Positions 56,382 to 64,000 of a stretch of 64,000 bases of DNA are shown here, one piece after another. Numbering within the stretch: position 1 is the stretch's first letter; each line of letters begins with the position of its first letter. The stretch lies in contig NZ_JADCBK010000004.1 of assembly GCF_020253525.1 (NCBI RefSeq), positions 52,261-116,260 on the forward strand, read 5' to 3'. Source of the DNA: Aquidulcibacter sp. Its GTDB lineage: Bacteria; Pseudomonadota; Alphaproteobacteria; Caulobacterales; Aquidulcibacteraceae. The notes under the pieces are model-generated. The model worked only from the letters and a program-made list of their open reading frames with translations, was not told the origin of the DNA and made no database searches. The position numbers and the translations under genes are program-made.

Positions 56382-57839
56382 ATGGCCGAACGGCTCCTTA
56401 AATTCGTCAGTATTGACCCCCAAACGCCCGAGAAGCGTCCTGCCTCTGCGCGTACGGCGGATTTCCACGAGATTTATGGGGAGTTCATCACCCAAAAGGC
56501 CAATGAGCAGGCTTCGCGCTGTTCACAATGCGGTGTGCCCTTCTGCCAATCCGGTTGCCCCCTGCAGAACAACATTCCTGACTGGCTGAAAATGACGGCG
56601 GAAGGCCGACTTGAGGAGGCCTATGCGCTATCTTCTGCGACAAACTCAATGCCCGAAATCTGTGGCCGCATCTGCCCGCAAGACCGCCTGTGTGAAGGTG
56701 CCTGCGTGATTGAGCAATCTGGCCATGGCGCTGTCACGATTGGGGCTGTGGAGCGCTATATCACCGAGACCGCATGGGAGAATGGCTGGATCGAGCCGAT
56801 TGTGCCGCCCAAGGAACTGGCAGAGCATGTTGGTATCATTGGTGCGGGCCCTGGTGGCCTGGCTGCCGCAGAAGCGCTGCGCAACAAGGGCTATCAGGTC
56901 ACGATTTATGACCGCTATGACCGCGCAGGTGGTCTTTTGATGTATGGAATTCCCGGCTTCAAGCTGGAAAAGGATGTGGTGACCCGCCGAGTGGAGCATT
57001 TAAAGGCTTCGGGCGTGAAATTTAGGCTCAATTATGAAATAGGCCGAGATGGGACGCTGGCCGATCTTCGCGCCACTCACGACAGCGTCTTGATTGCGAT
57101 CGGCGTCTATAAAGCCCGCGCTTTACCTTGCCCCGGCTCGAGCGGCCCAGGTGTCGTTGAGGCTTTGGACTATCTGACCGCTTCTAATCGCGTGGGTTTG
57201 GGTGATCAGGTCGCAGACTTTGAGGCAGGCGCACTTAATGCGGCGGGCAAGCGCGTGGTGGTCATTGGCGGCGGCGATACGGCAATGGACTGCGTTCGCA
57301 CCGCCATCCGGCAAGGGGCGGCAAAAGTCACCTGCCTCTATCGTCGCGACCGCGCCAATATGCCGGGCAGCGCCCGCGAGGTCAGCAATGCCGAAGATGA
57401 AGGCGTGACATTTGAGTGGTTGGCTGCGCCAAAGGCGGTCCACTCGAACGAAGCTGGTGTTACCTCCGTTCTGGCCGCACGCATGCGCCTAGGCGAAGCT
57501 GATGCCTCGGGACGACAAAGCCCTGAAGAAGTTGCAGGTGGCGAGTTTGAGGTGCCTGCTGATATGGTCATTAAGGCGCTGGGCTTTGACCCCGAAAATG
57601 TGCAGACCTTGTTTGATGAGCCTGCCCTGAAAGTCAGCCGCTGGGGCACGATTCGGGCGGATGCAATCACGGGCGAGACCTCCATCCCGAACGTCTTTGC
57701 CGCAGGCGATATTGTTCGCGGGGCCTCGCTAGTTGTCTGGGCAATCAAGGATGGCCGTGAGGCCGCGGAGCATATGCATACAGCCATGCGCAAACAGGCC
57801 CGGATGCGCGCCACCGCAGCTAAATTTGCGGCCCAATAA
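56382..57839 (+). CDS. gltD: Glutamate synthase small subunit
   Basis: RCSQCGVPFCQSGCP, GRICPQDRLCE, GAGPGG, GGGDTAMDC. Confidence 0.97.
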   Translation: MAERLLKFVSIDPQTPEKRPASARTADFHEIYGEFITQKANEQASRCSQCGVPFCQSGCPLQNNIPDWLKMTAEGRLEEAYALSSATNSMPEICGRICPQDRLCEGACVIEQSGHGAVTIGAVERYITETAWENGWIEPIVPPKELAEHVGIIGAGPGGLAAAEALRNKGYQVTIYDRYDRAGGLLMYGIPGFKLEKDVVTRRVEHLKASGVKFRLNYEIGRDGTLADLRATHDSVLIAIGVYKARALPCPGSSGPGVVEALDYLTASNRVGLGDQVADFEAGALNAAGKRVVVIGGGDTAMDCVRTAIRQGAAKVTCLYRRDRANMPGSAREVSNAEDEGVTFEWLAAPKAVHSNEAGVTSVLAARMRLGEADASGRQSPEEVAGGEFEVPADMVIKALGFDPENVQTLFDEPALKVSRWGTIRADAITGETSIPNVFAAGDIVRGASLVVWAIKDGREAAEHMHTAMRKQARMRATAAKFAAQ

Positions 57840-57895
57840 GCCGTCCCACACTTCGCAGACAAAACAGGGCTTCGGCTCGCCAAAGGCACAAGACC

Positions 57896-60800
57896 ATGAC
57901 CACTTCTTTCCCACCCACCGGCTCTAGCGATATCGACCTCTATCTCAAGAACCGGCAGATCCTGACCGATGGAAATGCCTATAATCCAGAGGATGAAAAG
58001 GATTCGTGTGGGGTCGGTCTCGTCTGTGCTCTCGATGGCAAACCGCGCCGCGACATTGTGGCGATGGCGCTGAAGGCTTTGAAGAATGTCTGGCACCGTG
58101 GGGCCGTTGATGCCGATGGCAAGACGGGCGATGGGGCGGGCGTGCGGGTTGATGTGCCGCAAGACTTTTTCCGCGAGCAAGTGGCACGCACGGGCCATAG
58201 CCCAACGGACGATCCAATCTGCGTCGGCATGATCTTCTTGCCGCGCACGGACTTTGGGGCACAGGAGACTGCGCGGACTATTGTTGAACGCGAAATCTTG
58301 AACTTTGGCTTTTATATCTATGGCTGGCGGCAAGTGCCGGTCGATATCTCGGTCATTGGCGAAAAGGCCAATGCAACCCGGCCTGAGATTGAGCAGATTC
58401 TGTTCTACGACCCACGTGGTCGCAGCGCCGAGGAGCTGGAACGCACCTTGTTCATCTGTCGACGCCGCATTGAAAAGCGCGCCTTGGCGTCGAGCGTAAC
58501 GGGCTTTTATGTCTGCTCGTTTTCGTCAAAGTCGGTCATCTACAAAGGTATGTTCTTAGCTGAAAGCATCGATACCTTCTTTCCAGACTTGCAGAATGAG
58601 AAGTTCGTATCGGCGGTGGCGATTTATCACCAGCGCTATTCGACCAATACTTTCCCGCAATGGCATTTGGCCCAGCCTTTCCGCATGTTGGCGCATAATG
58701 GCGAGATCAATACGGTTAAGGGCAATATCAATTGGATGAAAAGCCATGAGATCCCCATGGCGTCTGAAGCCTTTGGCGATTATCAGGAAGACGTGAAGCC
58801 GATTGTGCAGGCTGGCGGATCAGACTCCGCGGCGCTCGACAATGTGTGCGAAGTCTTGGTTCGCGCGGGCCGCTCTGCCCCCATGGCCAAGGCGCTATTG
58901 GTGCCAGAGGCTTGGGCCAAGCAAGAAAACATCATGAAGCCGAGCCACATGGCGCTTTATGCTTATTGTAATGCGGTAATGGAGCCATGGGATGGGCCGG
59001 CCGCTTTGGCGATTTATGACGGTCGTTGGGCAGTGGCCGGGATGGACCGCAATGGCCTCCGCCCCATGCGCTATTCAGTGACACAAGATGGCATTTTGGC
59101 TGTCGGCTCCGAAACGGGTATGTGCCCGCTCGACGGGCGTGTTATCACCAAAAAGGGCCGCGTTGGGCGCGGTGAAATGCTGGCCGTCGATATGGAGAAG
59201 GGCAAGCTCTACACCCATGAAGCGATCATCGACAAATTGGCCAGTGCCCACCCCTATGTGAAGTGGAACTCCAATGTTGTGAATCTGGAAGCTCGCATCG
59301 GACCAGGGCCAGAGCCCAAGCTTTATACTCGCCAAGAATTACTGCGCCGGCAAGTGGCCGCGGGCCTGACCTTGGAAGAATTGGAAGTAGTCCTCGCGCC
59401 AATGGCAGAAGAGGGTAAAGAAGCCTTGGGCTCGATGGGCGATGATTCCCCGCTGGCGGTTCTGTCCTCGCGCTATCGGCCGTTGTCGCACTTCTTCAAG
59501 CAGAATTTCAGCCAAGTGACCAACCCGCCTATCGACCCACTTCGTGAAGAGCGGGTGATGAGCCTCAAGACCCGCTTCAAGAACCTCGGCAATATCTTGG
59601 CCCATGACGAAACCCAGCAAGACGTATTCGTGCTGGATAGCCCGATGCTAACCACCGGCATGTATGATCGCATGGTTGCCATGTTGGGCGCAGGCGTCGC
59701 CTTCATCGACTGTAGCTATGATCTACCAGAAGACCCGGACTTAGCAGGGGCTGCCTTGCGCGACGCTCTGGACCGGATCAAGGCGCAAGCTGAAGATGCG
59801 GTGCGCGCGGGCCAAAGCCAACTGGTATTGAGCGATGAGCATCAAGGCCCCGGCCGAATTGCTGCGCCCATGATCTTGGCAACGGGTGGCGTGCATGCCC
59901 ATTTGGTTGCCAAAGGCTTGCGGTCTTATTGCTCGATCACAGTGCGCGCCGCTGAATGCGTCGATACGCATTATTTCGCGGTTTTGGTGGGCGTGGGTGC
60001 GACCTGTGTCAATGCCTATCTGGCGCAAGAAGCGATTGCCGACCGGCATGCACGCGGTCTTTTGGGAAATCTGACCCTGAACCAGGCGGTGGTGAATTAT
60101 AAGAAAGCGGTGGAAGCGGGCCTTCTAAAAATCCTGTCCAAAATGGGGATTTCGGTCATTTCATCCTATCGCGGCGGCTATAATTTTGAGGCCTTAGGCC
60201 TGTCGCGCGCTTTAGTGGCAGACTTCTTCCCCGGCATGAGTTCGCGCATTTCCGGCATCGGTCTCCAGGGGATTGCCCTGAAGGCCCAGGCAATCCACGC
60301 CAAAGCGTGGGAAGAAGCAGTCGTGAGTTTGCCGATTGGTGGCTTGTACAAGGCCCGCGCCTCGGGTGAGCCACATGCTTTGGAAGCTGCCCAGATCCAC
60401 CAACTACAAACAGCTTGTAACACAGGCTCATATGCCGCCTATCAGAAATATGTCAGCCTATTGAGTGGGCGCGCGCCCATACAATTACGCGACCTGTTAG
60501 ACTTCCAATCGACCAATAAAGCCGTTGCCTTGGAGGAAGTTGAGAGCCTCAATGAAATCCGCAAGCGCTTTAATACGCCAGGCATGTCCCTCGGTGCTTT
60601 AAGCCCTGAGGCGCATGGCACGTTGAATGTGGCGATGAACCGGATCGGCGCAAAGTCAGTTTCCGGCGAAGGCGGAGAGGACCGCGAGCGTTACAAGCCA
60701 CTTCCCAATGGCGATAATCCCAATAGCGCCGTTAAGCAGGTTGCGTCTGGCCGCTTTGGCGTGACGGCGGAGTATCTGAACCAGTGCCGCGAGATTGAAA

Positions 60801-62452
60801 TCAAAGTCGCACAAGGTGCCAAGCCCGGTGAAGGTGGGCAATTGCCCGGCTTTAAAGTCACCGAAATGATCGCGCGCCTGCGCCATGCCACACCCGGTGT
60901 GACCCTGATCAGCCCCCCACCTCATCATGATATTTATTCGATCGAAGATTTGGCCCAGCTGATCTATGATTTGAAGCAAATCAATCCCGAGGCGAAGGTG
61001 TGCGTCAAGCTGGTCGCTCAATCGGGTATCGGTGCGGTGGCCGCAGGTGTGGCCAAAGCCAAGGCCGACATCATTCTGATTGCTGGCAATGTTGGCGGCA
61101 CAGGTGCTTCACCCCAAACCTCAATCAAGTTCGCCGGCATTCCGTGGGAGTTAGGTCTTGCGGAAGCCCATCAGGTGTTGACGCTCAATAATCTGCGTGA
61201 CCATGTGGTGCTGCGCACCGACGGTGGCCTGCGCACCGGCCGCGATATCGTGATGGCGGCGATGCTGGGCGCAGAAGAGTTTGGCATCGGCACTGCCTCT
61301 CTCGTCGCCATGGGTTGCATCATGGTACGCCAGTGCCACTCTAACACCTGCCCGGTAGGTGTGTGTGTGCAGGACGAGGCGCTGCGCCAGCGTTTTACGG
61401 GCACGCCGGAAAAAGTCGTCAATCTGATGAGCTTCATCGCGGAAGATGTGCGCGAAATCCTTGCTAGCCTCGGCTTTAAGACCCTGAACGAAGTCGTAGG
61501 CCGCACCGATCTATTGCGCCAAGTCAGCCGCGGGGCTGCTAACCTTGACGACCTAGACTTGAACCCACTTTTGGTGCGCGTGGAAGGGGCAAAACCAACC
61601 CGCTTTGGCACCGATAAGCCCCGCGTCGAAGTGCCCGATACACTGGACGCGCAAATCCTGCGCGACGCAGCGCCCTTTTTTGAGCGTGGCGAGAAGATGC
61701 AGTTGGCTTATGGCGTTCGCAACGTGCAACGCGCCATCGGCACCCGTTCTTCCAGCGCCATCGTACGCAAGTTTGGCATGGGTGCCCTACCCGAAGGCCG
61801 CTTGACGGTAAGGCTGGAAGGCTCGTGCGGGCAATCCCTCGGTGCCTTTGGCGTCCAAGGCCTGACCTTGGACGTGGTAGGTGATGCCAATGATTATGTC
61901 GGCAAGGGCCTATCGGGGGCAACCATCGTGCTGCGGCCCCCTCCAGGCTCTGGCTTGAAGCCAGAGGAAAACGCCATCATCGGCAATACGTGTCTGTATG
62001 GCGCGACCTCGGGAACTTTGCTGGCATCCGGCCAAGCGGGGGAGCGTTTTGCCGTACGCAATTCCGGCGCTTCTGCTGTCGTGGAAGGTATGGAGGCCAA
62101 TGGCTGTGAGTATATGACCGGAGGCCTTGTGATATCGCTTGGGCCTGTTGGTGACAATTTCGCTGCAGGAATGACAGGCGGTATGGCCTTTGTCTGGGAC
62201 CCACCGAACCGCTTGCCCAAACTGATCAATCCCGACAGCGTCGTTTGGCGCCGAATTGGTAGTCCTTATTGGGAAAGCCAATTCACCAGTCTGCTGGAAC
62301 GCCATGTTCAAGCCACTGGCTCACCCTTGGGGCGGCGTATCTTGGATGATCTGGCCAATGAACTCGGCAATGTTTGGCAAGTCGTGCCCAAGGAAATGCT
62401 TAGCCGTCTGGCAGAACCCTTGGACGCAGAGGCTGCTTTGGCAAGCGCTTAG
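57896..62452 (+). CDS. gltB: Glutamate synthase large subunit
   Basis: DSCGVG N-terminal Cys, HRGA, HQRYSTNT, QGAKPGEGGQLPG, CHSNTCPVGVC. Confidence 0.98.
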   Translation: MTTSFPPTGSSDIDLYLKNRQILTDGNAYNPEDEKDSCGVGLVCALDGKPRRDIVAMALKALKNVWHRGAVDADGKTGDGAGVRVDVPQDFFREQVARTGHSPTDDPICVGMIFLPRTDFGAQETARTIVEREILNFGFYIYGWRQVPVDISVIGEKANATRPEIEQILFYDPRGRSAEELERTLFICRRRIEKRALASSVTGFYVCSFSSKSVIYKGMFLAESIDTFFPDLQNEKFVSAVAIYHQRYSTNTFPQWHLAQPFRMLAHNGEINTVKGNINWMKSHEIPMASEAFGDYQEDVKPIVQAGGSDSAALDNVCEVLVRAGRSAPMAKALLVPEAWAKQENIMKPSHMALYAYCNAVMEPWDGPAALAIYDGRWAVAGMDRNGLRPMRYSVTQDGILAVGSETGMCPLDGRVITKKGRVGRGEMLAVDMEKGKLYTHEAIIDKLASAHPYVKWNSNVVNLEARIGPGPEPKLYTRQELLRRQVAAGLTLEELEVVLAPMAEEGKEALGSMGDDSPLAVLSSRYRPLSHFFKQNFSQVTNPPIDPLREERVMSLKTRFKNLGNILAHDETQQDVFVLDSPMLTTGMYDRMVAMLGAGVAFIDCSYDLPEDPDLAGAALRDALDRIKAQAEDAVRAGQSQLVLSDEHQGPGRIAAPMILATGGVHAHLVAKGLRSYCSITVRAAECVDTHYFAVLVGVGATCVNAYLAQEAIADRHARGLLGNLTLNQAVVNYKKAVEAGLLKILSKMGISVISSYRGGYNFEALGLSRALVADFFPGMSSRISGIGLQGIALKAQAIHAKAWEEAVVSLPIGGLYKARASGEPHALEAAQIHQLQTACNTGSYAAYQKYVSLLSGRAPIQLRDLLDFQSTNKAVALEEVESLNEIRKRFNTPGMSLGALSPEAHGTLNVAMNRIGAKSVSGEGGEDRERYKPLPNGDNPNSAVKQVASGRFGVTAEYLNQCREIEIKVAQGAKPGEGGQLPGFKVTEMIARLRHATPGVTLISPPPHHDIYSIEDLAQLIYDLKQINPEAKVCVKLVAQSGIGAVAAGVAKAKADIILIAGNVGGTGASPQTSIKFAGIPWELGLAEAHQVLTLNNLRDHVVLRTDGGLRTGRDIVMAAMLGAEEFGIGTASLVAMGCIMVRQCHSNTCPVGVCVQDEALRQRFTGTPEKVVNLMSFIAEDVREILASLGFKTLNEVVGRTDLLRQVSRGAANLDDLDLNPLLVRVEGAKPTRFGTDKPRVEVPDTLDAQILRDAAPFFERGEKMQLAYGVRNVQRAIGTRSSSAIVRKFGMGALPEGRLTVRLEGSCGQSLGAFGVQGLTLDVVGDANDYVGKGLSGATIVLRPPPGSGLKPEENAIIGNTCLYGATSGTLLASGQAGERFAVRNSGASAVVEGMEANGCEYMTGGLVISLGPVGDNFAAGMTGGMAFVWDPPNRLPKLINPDSVVWRRIGSPYWESQFTSLLERHVQATGSPLGRRILDDLANELGNVWQVVPKEMLSRLAEPLDAEAALASA

Positions 62453-63465
62453 TCGACCCAAACCGCCCGTAAGCGCTCGGCGGCGGCCTCTGGTGTGAGG
62501 TCGCGCTGGGCCATGGCCAGCATCTCAAAGCCCACCATGAATTTCCGCACCGTGGCAGAGCGCAACAGCGGCGGGTAGAAGTGCATGTGGAACACAAAGC
62601 CCGGCGCTGGGCTTTGTGTCGGGCGTTGGTGCAGGCCCATCGTATAGGGGAAGGGCGCGTTGAAAACGCGGTCATAGCTGGCGGTCAAGCGGCGCAAAAC
62701 ATCAGCCAGATCGTGTTGTTCTTCCCCGCTCAATTCATCCAAGGCCGCGATAGGACGACGCGGCAGAATTAAGGTCTCAAACGGCCAAGCCGCCCAAAAC
62801 GGCACCAGAGCTACAAAATGGGCATTGGCAGACAGGATGCGGCTGCCATCCTTTAGCTCACGATCCAAATAGTCCATCAGAAGGGGCGAGCCATTCTTTT
62901 CAAGCCAAGCGGCCTGCCGCTCCGTTTCGGTCGCAAGCTCGTTTGGAACGCTAGAGGTTGCCCATATTTGACCATGGGGATGAGGGTTGCTGGCCCCCAT
63001 CATTGCGCCGCGATTTTCAAAAATGGTCACAGAGGCTAAGTCCGGGCGCGCCGATAGCTCCTGCCACTGCGCTGTCCAGACTTGTACCACAGAGGCGATC
63101 TCGTCCTGCGTCATACTGGCCATGGTCTTAGAATGGTGGGGCGTATAACAAATGACGCGACAAACACCCGTCTCAGGCTCTGCCACCAAGACAGGATCAG
63201 ACGTCTGGCCCGCCTCCCCATCTGGTGCCAATAGTGCGGGGAAGTCATTGTCGAATACCCACACGCCGTCATAGGTGGGATTGATCACCCCACCGACGCG
63301 GGCATTGCCCGCACAGAGATAGCAAGCTGGATCATGGGCCAAGCCGGACGGGGGTGTGCTGTCGCCCGTCTCGCCTTGCCAAGGGCGGCCCATCCGGTGG
63401 GGGGAAACCAGCACCCACTCACCTGTAAGCAAATTCTGTCGCCGATGTGGCTTTTGGTCCCTCAT
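62449..63465 (-). CDS. galT: Galactose-1-phosphate uridylyltransferase
   Basis: SNPHPHGQ (HPH), CYLC, RKFMVGFEM. Confidence 0.96.
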   Translation of the reverse strand: MRDQKPHRRQNLLTGEWVLVSPHRMGRPWQGETGDSTPPSGLAHDPACYLCAGNARVGGVINPTYDGVWVFDNDFPALLAPDGEAGQTSDPVLVAEPETGVCRVICYTPHHSKTMASMTQDEIASVVQVWTAQWQELSARPDLASVTIFENRGAMMGASNPHPHGQIWATSSVPNELATETERQAAWLEKNGSPLLMDYLDRELKDGSRILSANAHFVALVPFWAAWPFETLILPRRPIAALDELSGEEQHDLADVLRRLTASYDRVFNAPFPYTMGLHQRPTQSPAPGFVFHMHFYPPLLRSATVRKFMVGFEMLAMAQRDLTPEAAAERLRAVWVD

Positions 63466-64000
63466 GCCACTTCTCCGGCACCGGCGGCTGCCCGAACAAC
63501 AAAAGCCCCAGGTCTTTGGCCCAAATAGGCGGAATAGGTCTCTAAAATTGCCTCCAGCGCCGTGGCAGCTCGTTCTGGCTCCACCAAAGCAATGATGGAA
63601 CCACCAAAGCCACCACCCATCATGCGCGCACCATAAACACCTTCCGTGGCTTGGGCCAAAGCGGTTAAGCGATCCACTTCGGGTGTCGAAACTTCCATAT
63701 CCGCTGACAGACTGGCGTGGCTGGCATTCAGAAGGCGACCGAGTTCGGTCAAATCACCTTGTACGAGCGCAGCCTCTGCCTTTTGGGTGCGGGTAATCTC
63801 GGTCAATACATGGCGCGCGCGCTTTAATGGATTGCCGCTCAAGCTGTCGAGTGCGGCCAGGTCTGTCACTTCGGCTAAAAGAGTTACGCCCAAGGTCGCG
63901 GCAGCGGCCTCACAATCGGCGCGGCGACTGGCATAGCCGCCACTGGTGTGCTGGTGCTTGACCCCTGAATCTACGATCAAGAAGCAGGCGGTGGAAGGCA
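63462..64000 (-). CDS. galK: Galactokinase, C-terminal part (5' end outside the window)
   Basis: GARMMGGGFGGS, SHASLSADMEVS, KRARHV; ATGA overlap with galT. Confidence 0.92.
   Translation of the reverse strand, partial: PSTACFLIVDSGVKHQHTSGGYASRRADCEAAAATLGVTLLAEVTDLAALDSLSGNPLKRARHVLTEITRTQKAEAALVQGDLTELGRLLNASHASLSADMEVSTPEVDRLTALAQATEGVYGARMMGGGFGGSIIALVEPERAATALEAILETYSAYLGQRPGAFVVRAAAGAGEVA

Noticed and set aside
57338-58333. 331-aa minus-strand ORF
   Set aside because: Antisense to gltD/gltB

Overview
Chromosomal window from an alphaproteobacterium. Gene order (trpFBA-accD, rpsA-cmk-ihfB-mscL, gltD-gltB, TIGR02300-tRNA-Ala) suggests Caulobacterales/Hyphomonadaceae; this is an inference, no search was run. 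About 56 CDSs and one tRNA-Ala(GGC). No integrase, transposase, CRISPR array or rRNA is recognisable. Core housekeeping blocks alternate with catabolic modules: (1) a partial arginine succinyltransferase cluster; (2) an uncharacterised membrane protein + FAD oxidoreductase + aldehyde dehydrogenase unit with a palindromic upstream element; (3) an alginate utilisation locus (TonB receptor, PL6, PL17, MFS, DEH-reductase-like SDR, KdgK, FadR regulator with four candidate operators), followed by a second operon (GntR, ToaA-like Na+/solute symporter, divergent ManD/RspA dehydratase, RraA/HMG-aldolase-like protein) that may be an undescribed downstream branch; (4) an amidase/CoA ligase/PrpD versus CoA transferase/HutC divergon; (5) a DecR-like regulator facing DUF6356 and YeiH. 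The aroA gene is class I-type and inverted relative to cmk, which suggests in-place replacement. Product calls come from recognising motifs in the translations. Several start codons were adjusted from the ORF track and remain provisional.
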